From the NCBI GenBank assembly GCA_950097015.1, contig CATNEN010000039.1, forward strand, positions 15,562,001-15,626,000: DNA of 64,000 nucleotides, given 5' to 3'. This DNA comes from Macrostomum hystrix (lineage: Eukaryota; Animalia; Platyhelminthes). Below the pieces are notes generated by a model that saw nothing but the letters and a program-made list of their open reading frames with translations, made no database searches and was not told the origin of the DNA. A program made the position numbers and the translations under genes. Below are positions 12,776 through 25,810 of the stretch, in pieces (the stretch's first letter is position 1; every line of letters starts with the position of its first letter).

Positions 12776-15700
12776 ATGTCCAGCACTCTAGCAGATACAA
12801 ATTGTGCAGCAGTTTGGCAGCAGTCAAAGAATAATGAGCACCCCGGAGTTAATCTACAATTAACATTGTCCAGTTTTGTGAGGCCTGATTGTCGAATGGT
12901 AGCTAATTTTTGGCCTAGTGATACGTTCGCTACTGTCCTGGACGCTGCTCGCAATGTATTGCCTAGTGACAGCATTACATTTTGCAGTAGTAATCAAACA
13001 CCGGCCAGACTTTGGTTGTCGCCACCGGCTGGCGACTGTTGCGGCAGTGGCGGATTCGAACTTGTGACTGACTAGTGAGTGAGAAAGTATATAATTTTGG
13101 GAGACAGGCTATAGGCAGTGGAGCGCAGTCACGGGGGAGAGAGCACAGTACAGTGGGGGGAGAGAGTACAGTACAGTGGGAGGAGAGAGCACAGTACAGT
13201 GGGGGGAGAGAGTACAGTACAGTGGGAGGAGAGAGCACAGTACAGTGGGGGGAGAGAGCACAGTACAGTGGGGGGAGAGAGTACAGTACAGTGGGAGGAG
13301 AGAGCACAGTACAGTGGGGGGAGAGAGTACAGTACAGTGGGAGAGAGAGTACAGTGGGAGGAGAGAGCACAGTACAGTGGGTGAGAGAGTACAGTGGGAG
13401 GAGAGAGCACAGTGCAGTGGGGGAGAGAGCACAGTGCAGTGGGGGAGAGAGCACAGTACAGTGGGGGGAGAGAGTACAGTACAGTGGGAGGAGAGAGCAC
13501 AGTGCAGTGGGGGGAGAGAGTACAGTACAGTGGGAGGAGAGAGCACAGTGCAGTGGGGGAGAGAGCACAGTACAGTGGGGGGAGAGAGTACAGTACAGTG
13601 GGGGAGAGAGCACAGTGCAGTGGGAGAGAGAGCACAGTACAGTGGGAGGAGAGAGCACAGTGCAGTGGGGGAGAGAGCACAGTACAGTGGGGGAGAGAGT
13701 ACAGTACAGTGGAGGAGAGAGCACAGTGCAGTGGGAGAGAGAGCACAGTACAGTGGGAGGAGAGAGCACAGTGCAGTGGGGGAGAGAGCACAGTACAGTG
13801 GGGGAGAGAGTACAGTACAGTGGAGGAGAGAGCACAGTGCAGTGGGGGAGAGAGAAGAGATCGCAGACATAAAGTCTCCTGGAAGCCAGTAATTATCGGT
13901 AATTATCGCCGCCACTGTGAATCTCATTGATTTGAAGCACTCTGCCACTGCGCGGTCGTGTTCGCACTGGGCAGTGCGCGCTCATTGAACTGCGTACGTT
14001 GGCCAATACTACTTCTGGTAGCAGCGGACTCTCCAATTCGTTCTGGCCTCGAGACGAAGCGGCGGCCGCAGCTTTGTCCGTTGGCGCCGTGCTCGACGCG
14101 CGCTCAGGCCTATTAGATCCGGTGCCACTGCCAGCTGACGTCGCTGGCACGGTTGAAGGCAAGTTTCAACATAGAATTCAGAATCTCAGACTCTGATCCT
14201 TGATTCCAATCCTCAATTCTGATCCTTGATCCCAATCCTCAATTCTGATCCTTGATTCCAATCCTCAATTCTGATCCTTGATTCCAATCCTCAATTCTGA
14301 TCCTTGATCCCAATCCTCAATTCTGATCCTTGATCCCAATCCTCAATTCTGATCCTTGATTCCAATCCTCAATTCTGATCCTTGATTCCAATCCTCAATT
14401 CTGATCCTTGATCCCAATCCTCAATTCTGATCCTTGATCCCAATCCTCAATTCTGATCCTTGATTCCAATCCTCAATTCTGATCCTTGATTCCAATCCTC
14501 AATTCTGATCCTTGATCCCAATCCTCAATTCTGATCCTTGATCCCAATCCTCAATTCTGATCCTTGATTCCAATCCTCAATTCTGATCCTTGATCCCAAT
14601 CCTCAATTCTGATCCTTGATCCCAATCCTCAATTCTGATCCTTGATCCCAATCCTCAATTCTGATCCTTGATCCCAATCCTCAATTCTGATCCTTGATCC
14701 CAATCCTCAATTCTGATCCTTGATCCCAATCCTCAATTCTGATCCTTGATCCCAATCCTCAATTCTGATCCTTGATTCCATTCCTCAATTCTGATCCTTG
14801 ATCCCATTCCTCAATTCTGATCCTTGATCCCAATCCTCAATTCTGATCCTTGATTCCAATCCTCAGTTCTGATCCTTGATCCCAATCCTCAATTCTGATC
14901 CTTGATTCCAATCCTCAATTCTGATCCTTGATCCCAATCCTCAATTCTGATCCTTGATCCCAATCCTCAATTCTGATCCTTGATCCCAATCCTCAATTCT
15001 GATCCTTGATCCCAATCCTCAATTCTGATCCTTGATCCCAATCCTCAATTCTGATCCTTGATCCCAATCCTCAATTCTGATCCTTGATCCCAATCCTCAA
15101 TTCTGATCCTTGATCCCAATCCTCAATTCTGATCCTTGATCCCAATCCTCAATTCTGATCCTTGATCCCAATCCTCAATTCTGATCCTTGATCCCAATCC
15201 TCAATTCTGATCCTTGATCCCAATCCTCAATTCTGATCCTTGATTCCATTCCTCAATTCTGATCCTTGATCCCATTCCTCAATTCTGATCCTTGATCCCA
15301 ATCCTCAATTCTGATCCTTGATTCCAATCCTCAATTCTGATCCTTGATCCCAATCCTCAATTCTGATCCTTGATTCCAATCCTCAATTCTGATCCTTGAT
15401 CCCAATCCTCAATTCTGATCCTTGATCCCAATCCTCAATTCTGATCCTTGATCCCAATCCTCAATTCTGATCCTTGATCCCAATCCTCAATTCTGATCCT
15501 TGATCCCAATCCTCAATTCTGATCCTTGATCCCAATCCTCAATTCTGATCCTTGATTCCATTCCTCAATTCTGATCCTTGATCCCAATCCTCAGTTCTGA
15601 TCCTTGATCCCAATCCTCAATTCCGATCCTTGATTCCAATCCTCAATTCTGATCCTTGATCCCAATCCTCAATTCTGATCCTTGATTCCAATCCTCAATT

Positions 15701-18700
15701 CTGATCCTTGATCCCAATCCTCAATTCTGATCCTTGATTCCAATCCTCAATTCTGATCCTTGATCCCAATCCTCAATTCTGATCCTTGATTCCAATCCTC
15801 AATTCTGATCCTTGATTCCAATCCTCAATTCTGATCCTTGATTCCAATCCTCAATTCTGATCCTTGATTCCAATCCTCAATTCTGATCCTTGATTCCATT
15901 CCTCAATTCTGATCCTTGATCCCAATCCTCAGTTCTGATCCTTGATTCCAATCCTCAATTCTGATCCTTGATTCCAATCCTCAATTCTGATCCTTGATTC
16001 CATTCCTCAATTCTGATCCTTGATCCCAATCCTCAGTTCTGATCCTTGATCCCAATCCTCAATTCTGATCCTTGATTCCAATCCTCAGTTCTGATCCTTG
16101 ATCCCAATCCTCAATTCTGATCCTTGATTCCATTCCTCAATTCTGATCCTTGATCCCAATCCTCAGTTCTGATCCTTGATCCCAATCCTCAATTCTGATC
16201 CTTGATTCCAATCCTAAATTCTGATCCTTGATCCCAATCCTCAATTCTGATCCTTGATCCCAATCCTCAATTCTGATCCTTGATCCCAATCCTCAGTTCT
16301 GATCCTTGATCCCAATCCTCAATTCTGATCCTTGATTCCAATCCTCAATTCTGATCCTTGATTCCAATCCTCAATTCTGATCCTTGATTCCATTCCTCAA
16401 TTCTGATCCTTGATCCCAATCCTCAGTTCTGATCCTTGATTCCAATCCTCAATTCTGATCCTTGATTCCAATCCTCAATTCTGATCCTTGATTCCAATCC
16501 TCAATTCTGATCCTTGATTCCAATCCTCAATTCTGATCCTTGATTCCAATCCTCAATTCTGATCCTTGATTCCAATCCTCAATTCTGATCCTTGATTCCA
16601 ATCCTCAATTCTGATCCTTGATCCCAATCCTCAATTCTGATCCTTGATCCCAATCCTCAATTCTGATCCTTGATTCCAATCCTCAGTTCTGATCCTTGAT
16701 CCCAATCCTCAATTCTGATCCTTGATTCCAATCCTCAGTTCTGATCCTTGATCCTAATCCTCAATTCTGATCCTTGATTCCATTCCTCAATTCTGATCCT
16801 TGATCCCAATCCTCAGTTCTGATCCTTGATCCCAATCCTCAATTCTGATCCTTGTTTCCAATCCTCAATTCTGATCCTTGATCCCAATCCTCAATTCTGA
16901 TCCTTGATCCCAATCCTCAATTCTGATCCTTGATCCCAATCCTCAATTCTGATCCTTGATTCCAATCCTCAATTCTGATCCTTGATCCCAATCCTCAATT
17001 CTGATCCTTGATTCCAATCCTCAATTCTGATCCTTGATCCCAATCCTCAATTCTGATCCTTGATTCCATTCCTCAATTCTGATCCTTGATCCCAATCCTC
17101 AGTTCTGATCCTTGATCCCAATCCTCAATTCTGATCCTTGATTCCAATCCTCAGTTCTGATCCTTGATCCCAATCCTCAATTCTGATCCTTGATTCCAAT
17201 CCTCAATTCTGATCCTTGATTCCAATCCTCAATTCTGATCCTTGATTCCATTCCTCAATTCTGATCCTTGATCCCAATCCTCAGTTCTGATCCTTGATCC
17301 CAATCCTCAATTCTGATCCTTGATCCCAATCCTCAATTCTGATCCTTGATTCCAATCCTAAATTCTGATCCTTGATTCCAATCCTCAATTCTGATCCTTG
17401 ATCCCAATCCTCAATTCTGATCCTTGATCCCAATCCTCAGTTCTGATCCTTGATCCCAATCCTCAATTCTGATCCTTGATTCCAATCCTCAATTCTGATC
17501 CTTGATTCCAATCCTCAATTCTGATCCTTGATTCCATTCCTCAATTCTGATCCTTGATCCCAATCCTCAGTTCTGATCCTTGATTCCAATCCTCAATTCT
17601 GATCCTTGATTCCAATCCTCAATTCTGATCCTTGATTCCATTCCTCAATTCTGATCCTTGATCCCAATCCTCAATTCTGATCCTTGATTCCAATCCTCAA
17701 TTCTGATCCTTGATTCCAATCCTCAATTCTGATCCTTGATCCCAATCCTCAATTATGATCCTTGATCCCAATCCTCAATTCTGATCCTTGCTCCCAATCC
17801 TCAGTTCTGATCCTTGATCCCAATCCTCAATTCTGATCCTTGATCCCAATCCTCAATTCTGATCCTTGATTCCAATCCTCAATTCTGATCCTTGATCCCA
17901 ATCCTCAATTCTGATCCTTGATTCCAATCCTCAATTCTGATCCTTGATCCCAATCCTCAATTCTGATCCTTGATTCCATTCCTCAATTCTGATCCTTGAT
18001 CCCAATCCTCAGTTCTGATCCTTGATCCCAATCCTCAATTCTGATCCTTGATTCCAATCCTCAGTTCTGATCCTTGATCCCAATCCTCAATTCTGATCCT
18101 TGATTCCAATCCTCAATTCTGATCCTTGATTCCAATCCTCAATTCTGATCCTTGATTCCATTCCTCAATTCTGATCCTTGATCCCAATCCTCAGTTCTGA
18201 TCCTTGATCCCAATCCTCAATTCTGATCCTTGATCCCAATCCTCAATTCTGATCCTTGATTCCAATCCTAAATTCTGATCCTTGATTCCAATCCTCAATT
18301 CTGATCCTTGATCCCAATCCTCAATTCTGATCCTTGATCCCAATCCTCAGTTCTGATCCTTGATCCCAATCCTCAATTCTGATCCTTGATTCCAATCCTC
18401 AATTCTGATCCTTGATTCCAATCCTCAATTCTGATCCTTGATTCCATTCCTCAATTCTGATCCTTGATCCCAATCCTCAGTTCTGATCCTTGATTCCAAT
18501 CCTCAATTCTGATCCTTGATTCCAATCCTCAATTCTGATCCTTGATTCCATTCCTCAATTCTGATCCTTGATCCCAATCCTCAATTCTGATCCTTGATTC
18601 CAATCCTCAATTCTGATCCTTGATTCCAATCCTCAATTCTGATCCTTGATCCCAATCCTCAATTCTGATCCTTGATCCCAATCCTCAATTCTGATCCTTG

Positions 18701-21700
18701 CTCCCAATCCTCAGTTCTGATCCTTGATCCCAATCCTCAATTCTGATCCTTGATTCCATTCCTCAATTCTGATCCTTGATCCCAATCCTCAGTTCTGATC
18801 CTTGATCCCAATCCTCAATTCTGATCCTTGATTCCAATCCTAAATTCTGATCCTTGATTCCAATCCTCAATTCTGATCCTTGATCCCAATCCTCAATTCT
18901 GATCCTTGATCCCAATCCTCAGTTCTGATCCTTGATCCCAATCCTCAATTCTGATCCTTGATTCCAATCCTCAATTCTGATCCTTGATTCCAATCCTCAA
19001 TTCTGATCCTTGATTCCATTCCTCAATTCTGATCCTTGATTCCAATCCTCAATTCTGATCCTTGATTCCAATCCTCAATTCTGATCCTTGATTCCAATCC
19101 TCAATTCTGATCCTTGATCCCAATCCTCAATTCTGATCCTTGATCCCAATCCTCAATTCTGATCCTTGATCCCAATCCTCAATTCTGATCCTTGATCCCA
19201 ATCCTCAATTCTGATCCTTGATCCCAATACTCAATTCTGATCCTTGATCCCAATCCTCAATTCTGATCCTTGATTCCATTCCTCAATTCTGATCCTTGAT
19301 TCCAATCCTCAATTCTGATCCTTGATCCCAATCCTCAATTCTGATCCTTGATTCCAATCCTCAATTCTGATCCTTGATTCTAATCCTCAATTCTGATCCT
19401 TGATCCCAATCCTCAATTCTGATCCTTGATCCCAATCCTCAATTCTGATCCTTGATCCCAATCCTCAATTCTGATCCTTGATCCCAATCCTCAATTCTGA
19501 TCCTTGATTCCAATCCTCAATTCTGATCCTTGATTCCAATCCTCAATTCTGATCCTTGATCCCAATCCTCAATTCTGATCCTTGATCCCAATCCTCAATT
19601 CTGATCCTTGATTCCAATCCTCAATTCTGATCCTTGATCCCAATCCTCAATTCTGATCCTTGATCCCAATCCTCAATTCTGATCCTTGATCCCAATCCTC
19701 AATTCTGATCCTTGATCCCAATCCTCAATTCTGATCTTTGATCCCAATCCCTGATTTGATGCTTGATCTCAATCCTCAATTTTATTGATTATTCCCAATC
19801 ACATGTTCTAATCCTTGATCCGAATTCCAGATTCAGATCAAATGTGATTTCGGCTCCAGATTATATCTTTGCCAGCGTGCTAGGTGATTCTGATCCCAAT
19901 CTTAAGAAAAGATGTTCGTGCCTTGAAAAAGCAAATCACAATCGTCAACGAATATTCTCCCAATTATTTAATTCAACCAACCAGTTGGCTTCTGCGGCCT
20001 CACTAACGCTGGCGGCGATTGCTCGGCATTAAATGCCGCCATTCAGTTGCTATGCGGCGTGCCGCGCTTTGTTGACAGCCTGCTCAGTTTGCAGCCGGAT
20101 GGAAGCGGCAGGTTTAGTCGACCTCTGACTGACGCTGTTTGCGAACTCCTTCGGGCGATGACATCCGGCCTGTACGAGTTTGTGTCGGCCAGGGCTGTTC
20201 GACGCATTCTGCTGCGTCGATTGGCTGCAACAATGTCTGACAGTGAGAGCGCTGTTAACGCGGCTGCTGCTGAGTTGAGCTGCATGGTGAGTTTGAGGGC
20301 TTCAAATATGAAATCCTGATCGTCTCCAATATATCCAATTCAGGTCCTGTCTGAAATCCTTTTTTTCTTGCGCTCGAACCGGTTATTATCATCCTTATCT
20401 TTGATCCCCATCCAGATCCTCTTATTGACCTCCATCCCGATCGAGTTTTTTATCCCCATTCCGATCCTATTTTTGATCCCCATCCTGATCCTTTTATTGA
20501 TCCCCATCCTGATCCTTTTATTGATTCCCATCCAGATCCTCTTATGGATCCCCATCCAGATCCTCTCCTTGATCCCCATATCGATCCTCTCCTTGATCCC
20601 CATCCAGATCCTCCTATGGATCCCGATCCAGATCCTCTCCTTGATCCCCATCCAGATCCTCTCCTTAATCCCCATCTCGATCCTCTCCTTGATCCCCATC
20701 TCGATCCTCTCCTTAATCCCCATCTCGATCCTCTCCTTGATCCCCATCTCGATCCTCTTATTGACCCCCATCCAGATCCTCTTCTGGATCCCCATTCTGA
20801 TCGTCTTATTGATCCCCATCCTGATCCTGTTTTTGATCCCATCCAGATCTTCTTATTGATCTGTATCTCTCGATTTCCATATTTCAATTCATATCCTGAT
20901 TATCATTTTTCCCATCTTCATCAGGTCCTGTCGGCGCCATTATCATAATCCAGATCCCTTTAATATATTTATTTAATCTGTAAATTTTGTCTTAAAAAAT
21001 CCCACCCTTAATTCATAAAAATATTCCCCACTGGTTTCCACAGGATTACCTGACCTGTCTGCTGGACAGCCTTCACCAAGAGCTAGTGAGCTCAACAGCT
21101 CATTGCCAACTGACTGAGGAGTCTGCTTCCTCTGAAGTCGTTACAAATTTATTTTCTGGCCAAGTAGTCAGTGTCACCGAGTGCTTATTGTGCGGCCATT
21201 CAGCAAAAGCCTGTCAACAATTTTTTTGTCTCAATTTAACTCAACCGCCTGTTGAGAAACAGCTGCGGCCGTTTCATTTCTGTCTGGTTAGATCGCCTGG
21301 AGCAACAGTGCGACAGACGGGACAGACGATTCGCTATCGTCCGTTGCGCTGTAGTGTTGAAGCTCCGTCAACTGGACAGTGCGGCGACTTAAGCACACTC
21401 ATCGGAACTAAATTTGCGGTTTGTCAGCTTAATCGGCTACTTGTGAGTAGAACATCGGGTATCTGGTTATCTAAATTAATGTTTCTAATTTCAGATTCGA
21501 TCAGATTGTCTGCTACTGACACACCTCACTGATGGCAAAGTGGCCAGAGTGTTTTACGCTGACGACTGGTACACTGATTATGGTGAGATTTCTGCACAAC
21601 TGGACCATAAATAGCTTCAGTCTCGTGAAGAATCTCATGAGAGGGCAGCTTCAGTCTCCTAAAGAATCGGAGTGAGGGCAGCTTCAGTCTCCTGAAGAAT

Positions 21701-23265
21701 CGGAGTAGAGGGCAGCTTCAGTTCCCTGAAGAATCGGAGTGAGGGCAGCTTCAGTCTCCTGAAGAATCGGAGTGAGGGCAGCTTCAGTCTCCTGAAGAAT
21801 CGGAGTAGAGGGCAGCTTCAGTTCCCTGAAGAATCGGAGTGAGGGCAGCTTCAGTCTCCTGAAGAATCGGAGTAGAGGGCAGCTTCAGTTCCCTGAAGAA
21901 TCGGAGTGAGGGCAGCTTCAGTCTCCTGAAGAATCGGAGTGAGGGCAGCTTCAGTCTCCTGAAGAATCGGAGTAGAGGGCAGCTTCAGTTCCCTGAAGAA
22001 TCGGAGTGAGGGCAGCTTCAGTCTCCTGAAGAATCGGAGTGAGGGCAGCTTCAGTCTCCTGAAGAATCGGAGTGAGGGCAGCTTCAGTCTCCTGAAGAAT
22101 CGGATGTGACGGCAGTTTCAGTCTCCTGAAGAATCGGAGTAGAAGGTAGCTTCAGTCTCCTGAAGGATCTGAGTCTGAAGTGAATAATAGTAAATAATAT
22201 TTCCGTTCGAATGCGATGCCAGGCCATTCCCATCAATCGGACGCGGTGTTCTGCTATCAGCTTGACCAACCTGCCCAAACCGGTCGCGATGCTGTTGTTG
22301 CCTTTGTTTACCTGGCTGAATGCCCAGCTATGCCAGCTTTTCCTATAGCGCTCAGTCTAACTAGAAGACGCCATTTGGACTGCGAAAGCTTGCAATCAAT
22401 TTTGTCTGGCTTGTTTGACGGCTACCAGTTTGACGTGTACAAAACCGACTGCCGGGCTGTTGCATTTTCTCGTTTGCCTAGCGAGGCGCTGGGACAGCCG
22501 ACGACCAACTTGTCATCAGGCAGCCCTGTCGAGTATTTCGCCGCGGTGCCCAGGCTGGATGGCGATTGCCTGTCGCCTGCGCCGCCACCGAGGCCGGAAT
22601 GGTTTCGAGGCCGCTGCTTGGTTAGTGCGAATTGTCTGCCCATGTCTGTCTGTCTGCCCGTGTCTGCCTGTCTGCCTGTCTGCTCTCTCTGTCTGTCTGA
22701 CTGTCTTATTTTTCCTCTTTCGCTTTGTCTTGTTCAGGGAGCTCAAGACTATGATTGGCACGCCAGCCGATGCCAGGCAACAAGTAGCAGCAGCCGGCGC
22801 ATTCGTCTCACCGACTGCCTGTCGAGTCTGTGGCAGCCGGGCCGGCAGTTGAATCGTTTCAATGCCTGGCTGTGCCAGTCCTGCGGCGCCTTCGGTCAGG
22901 CAGCAGCCCGCCGTTCGCGTCTAGCAGCGCCGCTGCCGCCTGTCCTGCTGCTTCGCTTGGATTCGAATTCATCCGATCGATTGCAGCTAGATTTTCCCAC
23001 TAGAGGATTCTGTCCCGTGATGCCTGATCCAGTTGCTGTCAGCTATGATCTCCTGGCTGCGGCCTGGAGCTGCGGCAGTGAGCCGTGTCGCCGGGGCGGT
23101 CAGTACATTGTTTGCGCTCGCGGTCGCCAGTCGGACGGCTGCCGTTGGTATCGATGCGAAGACGGCAGGTCTGACTGCCTGCCAGCCGAGAGCCGCCTGT
23201 TTGATGAAGCCGCCATGTGGGGTCGGCCCTGCGCTCTTGTCTATGGTAGAAGGTCGGCTGACTGA
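12776..23265 (+). CDS. USP4/11/15-like ubiquitin-specific protease, probably catalytically inactive (about 744 aa)
   Basis: Exons 12776-13074, 13938-14158 (GC donor), 19985-20286, 21044-21442 (alternative donor after 21418), 21495-21582, 22223-22620 and 22738-23265 join in frame (2235 nt). Contains a UBL-like segment ending GQCALIELR...FWPRD, Cys box GFCGLTNAGGDCSALNAAIQLL, LLDSLHQEL, LFSGQVVSVTECLLC, RLTDCL...WLCQSC, LPPVLLLRL, LDFP, and His box YDLLA...GGQY...WYRCED. Confidence 0.8.
13130..13852. repeat. Purine-rich composite minisatellite (GAGAGCACAGTACAGTGGGGGA-type) in USP intron 1
   Basis: Tandem units of about 22-24 bp. Confidence 0.93.
14193..19750. repeat. 26 bp satellite CTGATCCTTGAT(C/T)CCAATCCTCAATT, about 5.5 kb and about 210 copies, in USP intron 2
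   Basis: Continuous array with point variants and higher-order duplication. Confidence 0.98.
20400..20860. repeat. Degenerate 24 bp repeat TTGATCCCCATCCAGATCCTCTCC in USP intron 3
   Basis: 8-aa periodicity in the overlapping spurious ORFs. Confidence 0.9.
21640..22165. repeat. 33 bp minisatellite GAGGGCAGCTTCAGTCTCCTGAAGAATCGGAGT in USP intron 5
   Basis: About 15 copies in two alternating variants. Confidence 0.95.
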
Positions 23266-23364
23266 TCGGATGGCACTGCCGGGTTCGCTGTTTCATCCTT
23301 GTTCATCTAGCTTTCATTCATTTATGAAAGTGTCAAGAAATTATCGCCTATAACAACTCACAGA

Positions 23365-24832
23365 TCCTAATCCCTTATTATACGCTCCGAAATCCCCATC
23401 CCTAATTATACCTTCCAAAATCCCCATACCTTACTATACCTTCCGGAATCCTAATCCCTTCCAAAATCCCCATCCCTTATTATACCTTCCAAAATCCCCA
23501 TCCCTTACTATACCTTCCGGAATCCTAATCCCTTCCAAAATCCCCATCCCTTATTATACCTTCCGAAATCCCCATCCCTTATTATACCTTCCGAAATCCC
23601 CATCCCTTATTGTACCTTCCGAAATCCCCATCCCTTATTGTACCTTTTGAAATCCCCATCCCTTATTGTACCTTTTGAAATCCCCATCCCTTATTGTACC
23701 TTCCGAAATCCCCTTCCCTTATTATACCTTCCGGAATCCTAATCCCTTAACCAAAATCCCCATCCCTTATTATACCTTCCGAAATCCCCAAACCTTATTG
23801 TACCTTCCGAAATCCCCATCCCTTATTGTACCTTCCGAAATCCCCATCCCTTATTGTACCTTTTGAAATCCCCATCCCTTATTGTACCTTCCGAAATCCC
23901 CATCCCTTATTGTACCTTTTGAAATCCCCATCCATTATTGTACCTTCCAAAATCCCCTTCCCTTATTATACCTTCCGGAATCCTAATCCCTTCCAAAATC
24001 CCCATCCCTTATTATACCTTCCGAAATCCCCATCCCTTATTGTACCTTTTGAAATCCCCATCCCTTATTGTACCTTCCGAAATCCCCTTCCCTTATTATA
24101 CCTTCCGGAATCCTAATCCCTTAACCAAAATCCCCATCCCTTATTATACCTTCCGAAATCCCCAAACCTTATTGTACCTTCCGAAATCCCCATCCCTTAT
24201 TGTACCTTCCGAAATCCCCATCCCTTATTGTACCTTTTGAAATCCCCATCCCTTATTGTACCTTCCGAAATCCCCATCCCTTATTGTACCTTTTGAAATC
24301 CCCATCCATTATTGTACCTTCCAAAATCCCCTTCCCTTATTATACCTTCCGGAATCCTAATCCCTTCCAAAATCCCCATCCCTTATTATACCTTCCGAAA
24401 TCCCCAAACCTTATTGTACCTTCCGAAATCCCCATCCCTTATTGTACCTTCCGAAATCCCCATCCCTTATTGTACCTTTTGAAATCCCCATCCCTTATTG
24501 TACCTTCCGAAATCCCCATCCATTATTGTACCTTCCGAAATCCCCATCCCTTATTATACCTTCCAAAATCCCCATCCCTTATTGTACCTTCCGAAATCCC
24601 CATCCCTTATTGTACCTTCCGAAATCCCCATCCCTTATTATACCTTCCGAAATCCCATCCCTTATTATACCTTCCGAAATCCCCATCCCTTATTGTACCT
24701 TCCGAAATCCCCATCCCTTATTATACCTTCCGAAATCCCCATCCCTTATTATACCTTCCGAAATCCCCATCCCTTATTGTACCTTCCGAAATCCCCATCC
24801 CTTATTATACCTTCCGAAATCCCCAAACCTTC
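23365..24832. repeat. 28 bp minisatellite CCCTTATT(G/A)TACCTTCCGAAATCCCCAT downstream of the USP stop
   Basis: Tandem array with an internal block duplication of about 374 bp. Confidence 0.95.
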
Positions 24833-25279
24833 CATCTTCAAAACTTCTAAATCCCGTTCCCATGTTAAAATAAGAAAATGTCCATTCATTTATTTTGAAC
24901 TCCCGAATCCCCATTCTCTTAGTATCATGATGTTATCGTTAAATGTACTAAAGCTAGCTCGTTAGTGCATTCCAGTGTGTGATTTGCTGTGTTTCTCATA
25001 GTAGTTCATTTTGTCTTTCATCTATTTTGTAGCACCTTACTTTTGTGCTAATCACAACAGCTATATATGATGTTTTTCTTTTTGTAGTGCTTTTTATCGC
25101 CCTTCATTTTTCCGTTGATAAAATAAATCCGAATTAATCTTGTTGTTCAGAGAAATACACATTTTTAAGGCTTAAACTGCTTAAATACTCGAAATGTTTT
25201 ATTCAAGTAGGACGTAAATATAAGGTTGGATATTTTTGATCTGGCATCAAAACATTGCGAGATCAGATTTCGGAGTTAT

Positions 25280-25570
25280 GGGATCATAACTCTACTAGGT
25301 GGGATTTTGGGATCAACTCTACTAGGTGGGATTTGGGATCATAACTCTACTAGGTGGGATTTTGGGATCATAACTCTACTAGGTAGGATTTCGGGATCAT
25401 AACTCTACTAGGTAGGATTTCGGGATCATAACTCTACTAGGTAGGATTTCGGGATCATAACTCTACTAGGTAGGATTTTGGGATCATAACTCTACTATTA
25501 TAGGTGGGATTTCGGGATCATAACTCTACTAGGTGGGATTTTGGGATCATAACTACTCTAGGTGGGATTT
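25280..25570. repeat. 29 bp repeat GGGATCATAACTCTACTAGGT(A/G)GGATTT(C/T) upstream of the first NTE coding exon
   Basis: About 10 copies, plus degenerate copies to about 25760. Confidence 0.9.
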
Positions 25571-25810
25571 AACTGTACGATTTGAGATCTAGGAGTTTAA
25601 AGTCAAAACTTTACGTGTCGGGATTTATAGATTATTGAATCATAACTCTACGAGGTGGGACTATTTTAGGATATTAATTCCAAAAAAGTAAGACTTCAGG
25701 TTTATGGGATCATAACTCCACGAAAGATGAGATTTTGGGATTTTGGGATCATAGCCTCACGATATGTGCAGCTTATATTTCAGGAAAACTCATAATTATC
25801 CCGTTTTCAG

